Assembly (NCBI GenBank): GCA_964016885.1 | Contig: OZ024758.1 | Span: 19,282,001 to 19,346,000, forward strand | DNA: 64,000 nucleotides | DNA from: Eledone cirrhosa | Taxonomy: Eukaryota | Direction: 5' to 3' | Shown: positions 32,920 through 48,289 of the stretch, piece by piece | Layout of the letters: each line of letters starts with the position of its first letter | How positions within the stretch are numbered: the stretch's first letter is position 1 | The notes under the pieces: model-generated | The model's input: the letters and a program-made list of their open reading frames with translations, nothing else | Databases searched by the model: none | Told to the model about the DNA's origin: nothing | Program-made: the position numbers and the translations under genes

Positions 32920-33876
32920 ACTAGACATGAAAAATGCGCAAGCTCAAAAGTGCCACAGAATGTTATAATAAACCTTCAAAAGTGTGGGACTAGAGTTGTT
33001 ACTAAAAAATATTGTAATCATTATATATCGTACATTCTGTGGCATCCTTTATAAAAATAGCTTAAACCAACGAAGCCTTTATTTTTACGCTATTTCACTT
33101 AGTTAATGCTTAGAGTGTAACATATAAAAATATCATTTACAACTATAAAATAAATTAATTAATATAATAACAGAGCTGCGGAGCTGAAATTTAGGAAATA
33201 ATGGAGTATCGGATCCTGAGTTGGAGCCAGTCAATTTTTGGCCGACTCCGCAGCCCTGTATAATACATTTCATATTAAAGTTATTAATAAACCTATTTTA
33301 CACTTCATGCAAATTACCACGAGATATTGATATTAGATATAAGATACAGCGCAATATCTACAGCTCTAAAAGTACGAAAGCGAAGTAATAATAAGTGGCT
33401 TAAGGTAATTCCAATATGAAAGTTTGTAGTGATAAAAATTTGATAATGCAATACGATTGTTAATATTATAGTTCTATGAAAATGTAACAATAGATAACTA
33501 AATTATTTTACTATTAGTATATTTAAGAAATTATCATTATAGATTTGATCGTTCATATAAGCATCATATTAAGTTTCAACACAATTATTTTGTTACTATG
33601 AGTATATGATAATAATATTACGTAATTATTTATAGCTGTTATTACATTAAACATAGATGTATTTATTTTTATATGTTACACTCTAAGAATTAACTAAGTG
33701 AAATAGCGTAAAAATAAAGGCTTCGTTGGTTTAAGCTATTTTTATAAAGGATGCCACAGAATGTACGATATATAATGATTACAATATTTTTTAGCAACAA
33801 CTCTAGTCCCACACTTTTGAAGGTTTATTATAACATTCTGTGGCACTTTTGAGCTTGCGCATTTTTCATGTCTAGT
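32920..33876. mobile_element. Element with ~210-bp terminal inverted repeats (32920-33132 / 33664-33876), MITE-like
   Basis: actagacatgaaaaatgcgcaagctcaaaagtgccacag is mirrored almost perfectly; AT-rich non-coding interior. Confidence 0.85.
33171..33258. mobile_element. 88-bp hAT-type MITE nested inside the TIR element
   Basis: Termini cagagctgcggag / ctccgcagccctg; 8-bp TSD tataataa / tataatac (7 of 8 match). Confidence 0.8.
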
Positions 33877-34427
33877 TTAATATTTTTTTAAGGCAACGCT
33901 TGTAATAACTCTAGTTAAACAGGATATATATTAATAATAAATTATCGTTGTAATGTAATTAGATTATGTAATTGTTATAAATTATCTTATAAATATTAGT
34001 GTAAGATGTATAAAAATATTTTCAGACTTTTAATATAAACAACTACAAAATACAATCAATATTAAATCAATATATTATACATAATAGAAAACATAAAATA
34101 TACAATACAAAAACAAAATATTTACATACAATTGCAATTATCAGTGTATATACATTTTCTTTATATTCCCTGAGCAAATTAATAAGATTTGTTTTTATTG
34201 TACATAATTTGATGACTTGTTGGAGTGTATTAAAAGATAGCAACAATTTGTGATTAAATTGTTATCTTAAGCAACTCACTTTTTAATAGTTGTTGGCTGA
34301 GCGAAATTGTAAAAGCCTATGAGCAAATATAAAAAAAAATACACAAACAACATTTCCTTGTGTTATTACAACATTAGATAAAATAATTGAGCAATGTCGT
34401 TATATTTTGCTCTTATTGCACATTAAT

Positions 34428-34595
34428 AGTGTTTCTATTTTTCGGCACAAATCCATTACGGCAGTCCATTACTGGTACTTTATTTTATCGAATTAGTAAG
34501 TATGAAAGTCGAAGTTAACCTCGGCAGGATTTGAACTTAGAATGCAAAGGACCATAACAATACTGCAAAGCATGGTGTCTGACGCTCTACCAATA
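34428..34595 (-). mobile_element. SINE copy; a further core fragment lies at ~35400-35450
   Basis: ctggtacttt..ttttatcga...gttaacctcggcaggatttgaac...gacgctctacc. Confidence 0.8.
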
Positions 34596-35813
34596 CTTGT
34601 GTTGAGCTGGTCATTAATTTATGGTGGTCATGCGTGGAGTAGAGCAATCGCTAGTTGAAATATTATGAACAAAACATTTTTATTTGCCGAAGAACATATT
34701 TTCAATACTGTTTGTGAATGTGACGAAGGAAATACATTCTGATATGGAACAGTGTACAAAGTGTGTCTGTGAATAACATAATGTTACCTCATGTTGTTGT
34801 CAAGACATAATGGATTTCGTATATCCAGTTAGAAGATGAAACCTAGCCATCTCGGATTAGTTATATTTCATGCCATGTGTAAACGTGTTTGAGGATAGCA
34901 AAATATGCGCGTTAATTATAATAATTAGTTAATAATATTACAAAATATACCTAATTAAACTCTTTGCTTGAAATTTTATCATTCTTCGTTTATATATATA
35001 TATATATAGAGAGAGAGAGTGAGAGAGAGGGAGAGAGATTTATCTAGTCCTTCGCTCAAGATTAATCTATAAGTTTAGATGTTTGCCTTCGTTTAAGTAA
35101 ATATTACAGTAAGATTTTTAATATAAACAACTACAAAAAACAATTAATATTAAAACGAAAAAATTATCAATGATAAAAGAAGCGGATGCAACTTTTTTTT
35201 TTATAAAGTTATATTCCTGTTTCTTTAAAGAACATTTCATTTTTGTTCTATTGTAGGCGAAATAATGCAATGGTTTAATAGGGAAGATATAACTTACGAA
35301 TTATGTCTCTAACCGTGTAACGCTTTTTAAGTAGATAACTACAATTGAAAATACTAAAGAAATGGAACCAACAATTCAATTTGAAAGTCGTCTAGTGACA
35401 GTGTATTACTGGTACTTTATTTTATCGACCCCGTAACGATGAAAGGCAAAAATGCAAATGCTTAAAATTTAAATTGCCTTAATTCTATCGTCTGCTGTTT
35501 CATTAAAGGGAGATTATCGTCTGTATTTAATTCTATCGTCTACTGTTCCACTAAACAGATATACCTCCACTATCGTCTCTATTTATACATTTTAACTTAT
35601 AACTTATACACATTTGATTTGAAATATTTTATCTAGTCCCCCCTCTCAATATGATGATGATTTCTTTCGAATGAAACAGTTCTAGTCCTGTAGAAACCAT
35701 TTATATATATAATTGAACTGAGTTAAAAATTCACAATATTTATAATTAAATAAGCTCATATATATATGTGTGTATTTATCTGTTTATTGTATTATATATA
35801 ATGTGTGTATATA

Positions 35814-35850
35814 CAGGATGTCCCCCAAAAATATATACACACTTCAACAG
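35814..35850 (+). mobile_element. Possible solo Tc1/mariner-type terminus
   Basis: TA followed by caggatgtcccccaaaaatatatacacactt; partner end not found. Confidence 0.3.
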
Positions 35851-36532
35851 CATTCTAATAACTATTGCCTGTACAGGTAATCAAAGTGTCAATCGAATGT
35901 TAGTTTCGTGTTTTAACAGTACAAATTTACAATACACACATAAAACCAGTGTATATACATACATGAGTGTGTATACACATACATGAATGTGCATATACAA
36001 TATATATGTATATATATATAGACACATATATTCACGGTGCAACGGTACATTAAAATATAGATGCGGGAGAGGGGGGTGTATATATAGGGGCGCTGTGGAT
36101 AAAGGAGTGTAAAGCGTGTGTAATTGATATATTGAAGGAGAGGAGCGTGCAGCGATAGAGTAACAAATATATAGAGAGGGGGAGAGATGGTATTGAAGGG
36201 GAGGAGTGCAAAGCGAAAGAGTAAGAGATATATATAGAGACGGAATAGATAGAGAGAAACAGGCGTAAGTAACAGTGGAAGAGATATAGAGAGAGGTACT
36301 CTGATTGGTTGAAAATTAGCCAATGACATACGATCACCACCACCACGGCTATCCCCGAACAATTTTTAAAGAAGCTAGGCATATATGTTAGAACACGAAA
36401 AGTGAACATTCTGTTGTTTCACACTTTTCGTGTTCTAACAGATAATGTTTCAGAAGATCCAGATAAGGGTGAAAGCAATGATCCTTTGCTTAAACTTTAA
36501 TCTATTATTTTAATATATATATATATATATAA

Positions 36533-36600
<68 letters not shown>

Positions 36601-36622
36601 CTGTACATATATATATATATAA

Positions 36623-36726
<104 letters not shown>

Positions 36727-36739
36727 TTATATATATATA

Positions 36740-36788
<49 letters not shown>

Positions 36789-36811
36789 TTATATATATAT
36801 ATATATATGTG

Positions 36812-36907
<96 letters not shown>

Positions 36908-36918
36908 ATTTATGTATA

Positions 36919-37125
<207 letters not shown>

Positions 37126-37182
37126 GAGTTAAGCAAGATTCACTGAGTATTAATATTTGTATTTATACATATATATATATAT

Positions 37183-37370
37183 AACGAAGGAAATGTGGTA
37201 AGGAACTAAGTGGACCATAACGCACCAAAGTACTCAATACTTAGCGTAGTAGAGTGGGTAATAGGATCAAGTAAGACCCCGACGGCTGAGCTCAAGCCGT
37301 TTCGACGGCTAATTCTGGACTGAATTAGCCGTCGAAACGGCTTGAGCTCAGCCGTCGGGGTCTTACTTGT

Positions 37371-37372
<2 letters not shown>
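37183..37372. mobile_element. Family B palindrome (long left arm, short right arm)
   Basis: caagtaagaccccgacggctgagctcaagccgtttcgacggctaattc is perfectly mirrored; (TA)n on both sides. Confidence 0.92.
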
Positions 37373-37427
<55 letters not shown>

Positions 37428-38201
37428 GGGTAGACATTTCAGTAAAATACTGGTGGTGCTATCGGAATAACCACTCCATATGATGTATGTATATATATAT
37501 ATATTAGCACTGTCTCGTCAAGAAACGTTCAACCTTGGGATATTAATATAAAATCTATGAGTATAACACCTGTTAATTACTTTCTTGTTTCCATTAAGGA
37601 AAGAGAGGCGTCATCATGGTAAATATATTTTCTTCTCATATATAGAATATCCGATGTAAGACTTGTTAGTCGTTCCACGCAGCCAATGAAATAAATCTAT
37701 AGTATTTTTTTTTACTTGGTAATAATCCACTTATTCTTTGGAAAACTAAGGAATGATACTAAGTTTATATGTATTCATAGGCGTAATGTCTTTTTTCCTG
37801 TAGTAAGTTCTTAGATTAAAAAAATATATATCTGTTTTACTTGTTTTGTTGTCGTTGCGTTTCTATGTTTTAGTGGCAAGGTGCATAGTATTCTAAATTC
37901 AATAATTGCATTAGTCTAATCTCTTTACAATACATAAAACTAACTAGCTATGCTGCGTTTATTGCCTATCTCAGAATATGCGAATAATTTCAAGTTGTTG
38001 TGGAGTACGTTGGTTGTTGAATCGATACTAATTATATACACTGTTTTAAAAAAATAAGTTCCATATTATAGAAACAGATAGAAAAATATCATAAGTAATA
38101 AAGATCCACAAAATAACAAAATGAATAAATACATAAATAATACCGAATTTCAACTAAACATAGGCTCAATAATGACATACATACATACATACATACATAC
38201 A

Positions 38202-38291
<90 letters not shown>

Positions 38292-39066
38292 GGGATAAAA
38301 ATAACAAGAATGCAATAAAAAATATTTGGTGGAAGCAAATGTGTAATGATATATGTTTCTATTCGTATATTTATTCTTCTTTGCTTACCAAAATAAAAAT
38401 ACGTTTCGTAAGAGGTGTCAAAGAAAAAAAAAACACTAACTGTCTAGACTACCCACTCAGTTTTATCTTTCACATTTATTTTATTTTCCTTTGCTATTTC
38501 TCTCTTTTTAATTTCTATTTTTCATTTCTTACAATAAATTTAAGTATAAATATTGTCTATATAAAGTTGTATAGAATGTTTGGCATGTAGGTGAAAACAA
38601 CTGTTGAAACTGTAAACTCAGAAATATCACAAGAGTAACAAGAAAATATTTCTACTTAGAGCAGTAGACGCTTTTAGTTTAATGTGTATGCGTCCGATTT
38701 CCGTATTTTCATAGTTTCTGAGAACGAGTGTTCTAGACTTTTCATTAACAGATAATCTGTTGATGAAATTAATGTAGACGCTTCTCAGCATTCCAGAAAC
38801 ACGTTCACATTTAATGGACTCCACTGAGAATTTCATCTTGACACAATCTGTGACAAGTATGTCCCTTTGGGCTACATCTAGTCCGTATGTGTGGATTAGA
38901 GGAACTTTAAATAACGCACTGAATACTGCACCCTTTATTATTAGTTGTATATTCTTCAGAAGATGAACAATATTAGCCGTATACATATATATATATACAT
39001 ATATATATGATACTGTCATGAATAAAAGCGAGGGACGTCAATTTACCATATATATATATATATATA

Positions 39067-39253
39067 TAGGAACAAGTAAGACCCCGACGGCTGAGCTCAA
39101 GCCGTTTCAACGGCTAATTCTGAATTAGCCGTCGAAACGGCTTGAGCTCAGCCGTCGGGGTCTTACTTGTTCCTATTACCCACTCTACTACCCTAAGTAT
39201 TGAGTACTTTGGTGCGTTATGGTCCACCTGGTTCCTTACCACATTTCATTCGT
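39067..39253. mobile_element. Family B palindrome (short left arm, long right arm)
   Basis: Arms pivot at aattc-t-gaatt (~39121). Confidence 0.92.
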
Positions 39254-39320
39254 TATATATATATATATATATATATGCGTGTGTGTGTGTATGTGTGTTG
39301 TGTGTGTGAGTGTGTGTGTG

Positions 39321-39516
<196 letters not shown>

Positions 39517-40360
39517 ATACCGTATATGTATATGGTAAATTGACGTCCCATTCATGACAGTATCATTTATTCCACTGTGCTAGCTGTCTGCTAATCGAAT
39601 TATCATCGAGAAATAGTGTCCCACATGAATGTTGCCTGGAAGCACATAGAAAGGGGTACCGCTAAAATGTAATATATTTCATGCAATACCTTATAAGAAA
39701 TAACTAGGTTAATGGTGATATACGATACACAACCTCGTGTTATACGTATCAATACACAATACACCAACTTCGGAATAATTAAATAATATTGTACATGCAT
39801 TCTAACAATTATATACGCATTGTAACTATCTGAAAAGGGCTGTTCCTTGGTGTAACACTTTATACATATCTCTAACAAATCTTAAACATAACTACATTTC
39901 AAATCAAACTAGATACGAGTGTCTTTGAAAAACCATTTATAAAATATATACAAGAATATTTACTTACAATGAGTTTAATCACAAACATATTTAGTACCAG
40001 AATTACAATTTTTAGTACCAATGGAAGCTTAATTTACGTGAATTTATATTATAGATGTAGAAATAATTTTACAAGAAAAGAAAATAGTCGGGAATATTGT
40101 TTGTATCCAATTACCTCTGCACATTCGAAAACTACTTGACAATGAAAATGTGTACCCGACAAAATATCAATATATAATTAACACTAAATGTAGAAAAAAT
40201 ACTTAAATAGATTTAATGAGAACCAATCATACCAAATAATGATTCCAAAAATTGGCAGACAAGATAATAATTTACCTAGAAGGAAACAGTCGATTAAATA
40301 GAGACTTAGTCTTGAATAAACGTCATTGTAATCAATCATTGAAAGAGTAAAAAAAGCAAT

Positions 40361-40460
40361 GAAACCTACCTCCATAACGCAGTTATTTTCTCTGTCAAAT
40401 TATTCTGATATTACTTTAATATGTTTTAGATATCTTTGATATCGTGTAATTATAAACAAT

Positions 40461-40530
<70 letters not shown>

Positions 40531-40627
40531 ATTATTTTTAATTACACGATATCAAATATATCGTCAACGTATGATAGTAATAGAATATTTTGACTAAGAA
40601 AATAACTGCGTTATGGAGGTAGCTTTC
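40361..40627. repeat. Inverted repeat of ~100 bp centred on a pure (TA)n tract
   Basis: gaaacctacctccataacgcagttattttc...atcgtgtaatta is mirrored across 40464-40527. Confidence 0.9.
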
Positions 40628-40641
40628 TGTGCTTTTTTACA

Positions 40642-40691
<50 letters not shown>

Positions 40692-41176
40692 CGTTTTCTT
40701 TTTCTTCATATATTCATTCATGGGAGGGTCATAACTCTGCGTCATCAAACAAACCGAAAGAAAATAATAATATGTAAACACTATTACACACTTGTACAAG
40801 GTTTTAATGATTAATTCCACCGATTCTATTATGCCGATAGTGTTTATTACACGTGTAACATATAATAGTTAAATGTCAATGAAAATGCATACGCATTCAA
40901 ATATATATTTCCAGTAATCAGATCCATGTATATAGGCTTTTTCCATTCATTTGTATGTCAAACACATGACCAACGCGAAACAACATCGTATATAGTTCAC
41001 TCTAATACTTGGTATATATCATAACTGATTCCTTTCGAAGGCTTGTTAATAGGTACCAAGTCATGATTATAAATCTATATTGAAAACAAAGCTAGGTTTC
41101 ACGTTAATGTCTCTAGTGTTTATATACAGTTAAAACCTCTGCGGTAAACTAGAAATCTGCACAATCACCAGTATAC

Positions 41177-41223
<47 letters not shown>

Positions 41224-41398
41224 GATATATGTGCGTGTATACCTACATCCATACATTTTTATGTATGTATGTATATAAATGTATACATATTTATATATAA
41301 ATTCATATATATATATATATATATACCTACATCCATACATTTATATATATATATATATATATATAAATATGAATGTATACATATTTATATATATTATC

Positions 41399-41441
<43 letters not shown>

Positions 41442-41536
41442 TGTGTGTGTGGCGGGTTATGTGTGTGGGTGTACGTGTGTGTGTGCGTGCGTGTGTATGT
41501 GTGTGGGTGTGTGTGTGTGTGTATGTGTGTGTGTGT

Positions 41537-41587
<51 letters not shown>

Positions 41588-41935
41588 GTGTGTGTTTAAA
41601 AAAGCAAAGTAAAAATAAGATTAAAGAAATTAGAAACATCAAAACATTCGAACGCATCAACGTTTTGAAAATGAAAAAAAAAAAAGATTCTTCTTTATAG
41701 TGACTGAATTATCACCTGACCTTACTATGAATTCTATTTTATGTTTCCTCTCTCTCCGTTTCTCTGTCTTACACAATTAAATATTTTGGTGAATATCGAT
41801 TTTTTAAAAAAGTATTGCAAAGTTTATATTCACTGGAGATCTAGTTGATGTGAAGTTCACAGCATCCAGCCATATTTTATATGAATTTAATTTATAAATG
41901 ATATATAACGTTTGCGCATGTTCTACTTATATTGC

Positions 41936-41986
<51 letters not shown>

Positions 41987-42087
41987 AAGAGAAAAATAGA
42001 TACATATACACAATATACATTATATATACCTTATGTATGCACACACATATATATTCATATATATACACACATATATATTTATATACA

Positions 42088-42219
<132 letters not shown>

Positions 42220-42723
42220 TGTGTATGTATTTGTGCACAGAATAGGATGTTGGGATTATGCATTCATAAGTTCAATGTTACTCTCATAATTGGTGAACTC
42301 AGCAAAACGTATCTTGTAGACAGTATAATTTACAGAACATGACGTAAATAGAACATTGTATAAATATATATGCTGTCTCTTTTCGGTGTAAAGTTATGGT
42401 AATATGATGAAAAAAGGAATCAGTTAATAGAGTAGAATAAACCAAATAAATCCAATTATTTTAAAATAAACCTAAGATACAAATGAAACTAGGGCAATAG
42501 AGTATAGAGATGGTGAAATATACGATAGAGTATAAAGAAGATCAGACGGAAAAAGAAAAAGAAGATAGAGAAGATCAAAGAGATATATATTCTAAATATA
42601 TAGTGTGGATAAATAGAATTCAAATATTGTTCTAATATAGAAGCGGAATTTTCATTCCTGGATAGTATACATTTTTTTTTCTTTTTGTTGCTCAAATCCA
42701 ATCAGCTGGAAAATATGTTATGT

Positions 42724-43225
42724 ATATCATCATCCGGCTGCCTCAACCAAAATGGACACCACAATTGATCCCCACGTGGGTCAGTTGTTGATTGCCGTTG
42801 CCAACTCCTGGATTTCAATACTAGAATGTATGGAATTGACATCGGGATAGGTGAACTTGCGCCCCCTATATTAGTGACTGCTGGTAGTTTCCAACGCACT
42901 AACCGGGACATAGCTTCGTAGGTGGCACGATGGCAGTGGCCAGCAAACTTACTTTTCTCATATGTACTAAGACAGATATACGTGGGAGGCCGACATATAT
43001 CTCTCTCAAAGGCAGATGTCACCAGCTTATGTCCTGAATGCTTTGAAGCAGGTGAGTGTAAGTGCCATGAAGGTGCTTTTAGTTATTTGAATGAAAGGGT
43101 CCATGTTTCACTACCATATAGCAAGATTTGTTGAATTGTAACTTAGAAGAGTCTGATCATTGTGTGGATGGAAAGATTTGAGCGCCAAACTAGATCTATT
43201 TTGTTGCAAAGTGACCATGCTTGAA
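42724..43225 (-). pseudogene. 3' fragment of a second RTE-clade LINE
   Basis: VWRSNL, ILLYGSETWTL, KFAGHCHRA...LVRWK; 3' end ggatgatgata. Confidence 0.85.
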
Positions 43226-43699
43226 TTTATATAAAGTAATATGAATCTCATTACTCATGTTCAGTTCATATTAAAGTGTTGAGTTTTATTCGGGGTCATT
43301 TTATTATTTGAGCTTGGTTTGTTTGGATATTCTCATTGATACGCCTGAGTATTTTAAATCATACAAATGTCTATCACAGAGTTTATTGATCAGCGAGATG
43401 ATCAATAAATATTTATTTGGTGCTAAACCCCCTTCACACAGTTACGCATACTTATACACACTCACATGAACTCGCATATACATAATATATATGACTTCAT
43501 AAATAATTCAAAATTAACACTTTTATTGAAACATATGTTTACGTGCCTCCCGTGAAATTTACACATGAAGAACGTGATGGAGAGAGAGAGATAGAGCGAT
43601 ACAGAGAGAGAAAAAGGAGAGAGAGACAAAGCGAGAAAGGGAGAGAGAGACATATAGAGAAAGAGAGAGAGAGGGGGAAGTAAAGAGACTGTGACCTGC

Positions 43700-43786
<87 letters not shown>

Positions 43787-44136
43787 GAGAGAGAAAGAAA
43801 AACAACTATGAAAAAATACTGAGTGAAAAAGAATTGATGTAAATGAAATTTGGGGAATAAACAAGAAGATAAATACACAGAATCATGTTCTCGCAAATAT
43901 GCAGAGAGAATTTATGCTCATATGGAGACAGTCTATCAAATTGATGGCGAGGAGACAGAAATAGGTACAATATTATTATTCATTAATTCTACAATATATT
44001 ATTTTGACACCTTCGATTCTGCGAATCCCAGAATATGTGGTACTGGTATTTTTTTTTTTTTTCTATTTTGGCGAGTGTGTGTAAGCCTGTCGAAATACTC
44101 TTGGATGGCTTTCGAAATTGATTCCAAAATACAATG

Positions 44137-44177
<41 letters not shown>

Positions 44178-44268
44178 ATATATATGTATATATATATGTG
44201 TATGCATATATATATATATGTGTGTGTACATGTATGTATATTTATATATATATCCAAATGTGTGCGTT

Positions 44269-44327
<59 letters not shown>

Positions 44328-44493
44328 AAGGTATAGAAATTGTTTTAGCGAGAAGCTAATATATATATATGTGTGTATATATATATTATATATATATTTA
44401 TGTATATATATATGTATATATATATATATATTTATGTGTATATATATAAAGATATATACACACACACACGCGCACACCTACACACACATATAA

Positions 44494-44574
<81 letters not shown>

Positions 44575-45304
44575 CCCTGTGTATTTTGTTTTATACTTTC
44601 AACGTCACTACCAATCTTTTTTAAAACTATGATACATGTAAAATTTGATTCTAATTTCTAACATCAGTTTGACTGAATAAATATAAAATCTTTGGTTCGC
44701 AATAGTTATGTTCTCTAGGGGATATTAGTGTCATACATGAATCTATGAAATGTTGTGTATTTATTATTAATGGAACCAATAAGTTGACTTTGAATTAAAA
44801 AAAAATATACGATGTTTATACCAAAATACATTTATATAGAATAAGCAGATTTTAATGGGTGTTCGTTCATAGGCATAGAAGCTTTTACAGAAAAGATTTT
44901 AAATAATATAGAACACATTTTAAAATATAGTTGCATGTAAAAGCCTATTTTCTGTTAAATCATTGTCTGCCATATAAGAAGTGGACATCAGAACTCATGT
45001 GACACTTTAGAATGTGTAATTCAGGCTACGGCATTATCACGTGGTATTGCATACACGTATAAATACATACCTTCCTTGATATTCTCCAATATTTGAGCAA
45101 TAATTTGATACCGTTTAATGCTTTTCCACAGCGTCATACTGAAATTCAAATCATTCTCATTCATCAAACTAAATTACTTAAGGCTAATTAAATGAAATAC
45201 TATATTCATCCTAACTGAGTATTATGTTCTTGTGGATAAACAATTATACTGCAACAGTGTAATAGCAATATAATCGAAACAAACGATATATATATATACA
45301 TATA

Positions 45305-45375
<71 letters not shown>

Positions 45376-45531
45376 ATATATATATATATATATACCTATA
45401 TATATATGTATATATATACCTATATATATATATATGTAAATATGATAATAATGGAGCTGCGGCGTTGCAAATGGGTTACATATGAAAAAGTAAGTCCTTC
45501 ATCAGTGGGCCTCCAACCGTCCTGGGCATTT

Positions 45532-45576
<45 letters not shown>

Positions 45577-45808
45577 CTATATATATATATATACTTATAA
45601 ATATATATATATATATATATGCCTATATATATATATATATATATATACACCTATAAATAAATAAATATATATATATATATATACCTATACATATATATAC
45701 ACACCTATAAATATATATATATATATACATATATATATAAATATATATATATACACCTATAAATATATATATATATATATACATATATATATAAATATAT
45801 ATATATGC

Positions 45809-45847
<39 letters not shown>

Positions 45848-45850
45848 GAC

Positions 45851-45922
<72 letters not shown>

Positions 45923-45923
45923 A

Positions 45924-45957
<34 letters not shown>

Positions 45958-45958
45958 C

Positions 45959-46001
<43 letters not shown>

Positions 46002-46004
<3 letters not shown>

Positions 46005-46277
46005 CAAAATGGCGTAGGATAGAAGAAAGGAAAGGCACAGAAACGAATAAAGGAATCCCCAGTCACTGAAGAGGTCACAGAGTGTGTGACGAAAGGACTA
46101 TGACTATATATAAACAACTATCTGGTTGTGGAACCAACCAACCAACCAGAAATTTATAAATTTATAAGTTTCTAAATTTGTAAATTTATAAATTTATAAA
46201 TATATAATAAATTGAAGTGAAATCAGCTGGTTCGTGTGTTTCTTATTGGCAACATGACCCTCCCAAAGTATAACAAT
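46002..46277 (+). mobile_element. HHR family A copy; HHR at 46061-46105
   Basis: agtca-CTGAAGA-g-gtcaca(gagtg)tgtgac-GAAA-ggac-TA-tgact; inside (TA)n. Confidence 0.9.
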
Positions 46278-46297
46278 ATATATATATATATTTAGAC

Positions 46298-46353
<56 letters not shown>

Positions 46354-46497
46354 ATGTGTATATATATATATACACGTATATATATATATACACGTATATA
46401 TATATATTATATATATATATATATACATATATATATACATATAAATATATATATATATACACATATATATATACCTATATATATATATATACATATA

Positions 46498-46532
<35 letters not shown>

Positions 46533-46627
46533 TTATATATATATACCAACATACATATATATATCTATATAAATATACCTATATATATATATATATCTGT
46601 CTATATATATATATATATATATATCTG

Positions 46628-46712
<85 letters not shown>

Positions 46713-46713
46713 C

Positions 46714-46741
<28 letters not shown>

Positions 46742-46744
<3 letters not shown>

Positions 46745-47243
46745 GAATGTATATATAGTGTATTTTGCAATACACTTTATGCTTAATTAAAATAAAAGCA
46801 TTTTGAAGACCATATGGTATTGTTTTAGAGTAGTGACAGACTCACTTACTTTAATTTCAGCAAACAGGGGGAGATAAAGCTGACATTTATTGATATTTAT
46901 CAAAGCCAACTACTCCTCCCGTCCGCTGAAATTACGGATGTTATGTTCTTATAGAATTCTGGTAAATAATCAGGAACTGATTATACAGAGCGGTTGCCGG
47001 TCAAGCAGAAATTAAAAATTAGAATTGGTGCTCTGAAATAGCCATATATATATAAATGTCAGCTTTATCTCCCCCTGTTTGCTGAAATTAAAGTAAGTGA
47101 GTCTGTAACTACTCTAAAACTATAGCATACGGTCTTCAAAATGCTTTTAATTAAGCATAAAGTGTATTGCAAAATACACTATAGATACATTCATATATAT
47201 ATGGCTATTTCAGAGCACCAATTCTAATTTTTAATTTCTGCTT
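46742..47243. repeat. Interleaved inverted duplications (segment order P-Q-R-P'-R')
   Basis: P 46742-46890 / P' 47052-47195; R 47003-47045 / R' 47201-47243. Short TA runs sit at the junctions. Confidence 0.9.
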
Positions 47244-47509
47244 CACGAACCCAATTATCGTCTTCCTGTCTTCCATCGGTTGCAATGTTTTTTGTAATAT
47301 TTACTTCTGCATTCACAGATTGATTTTTTTAGCTTTAGAAGATCGCATTATGGGTGAAAGCAGCGATTTTTTGCTTAAACTTTAATCTGTTATTTTAATA
47401 AATATTTGATCTACTGTTCTTATATATTTGATATATATTTATCCTTATCGAGCTCTTTTTGGATTTTAGTCTACAAATTTATTATTATTACTATTATTAT
47501 TATTATTAT

Positions 47510-47580
<71 letters not shown>

Positions 47581-47603
47581 TATACTATATATATATATAA
47601 TAT

Positions 47604-47704
<101 letters not shown>

Positions 47705-47717
47705 AACCTTACTTCCC

Positions 47718-47827
<110 letters not shown>

Positions 47828-48289
47828 TAGAGAGAGAGATACTATATATATATATGTATTATGTATATAAGTGTGTGTGTATGTGCGTTCGTATCAATGT
47901 AAATATTTCGTTTTGACTAAAATGTTGGCACAAACAACAACAATATTAAAATAAACGGCCATATACAAACAGTTTATCCCCATCAGGCACGGCTGAACGG
48001 AAATAATATATAAGTAACATATGAGTGATAAATGTCAGTGATGTCTTGACAAGTGAATATTATTTTAACGATGACCTACATTTGCTGGTAAAAGATTGTG
48101 TATATAAGAAAGTGTAAAACATTTATGTATAGGTTTCATAGATTTTCAATGATTAAGTAATATCAGTTTCGGTTTTCATTCTTCCGAAGTCTATAAAAAT
48201 ATACTACGAATCACGAGCTAGGAGAAATATAATATAATTTTGCCTCATGAAAATTATGGAATTGTGCCAGAATAAAGAAGGGGAAGCCA

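Noticed and set aside
38627-39019. 130-aa minus ORF, and similar short ORFs at 8873-9125, 48971-49219 and 53012-53287
   Set aside because: No recognisable domain or supported splice structure.
45470-45533. Minus-strand CTGATGA in a TA-embedded insert
   Set aside because: No GAAA or stem II follows.
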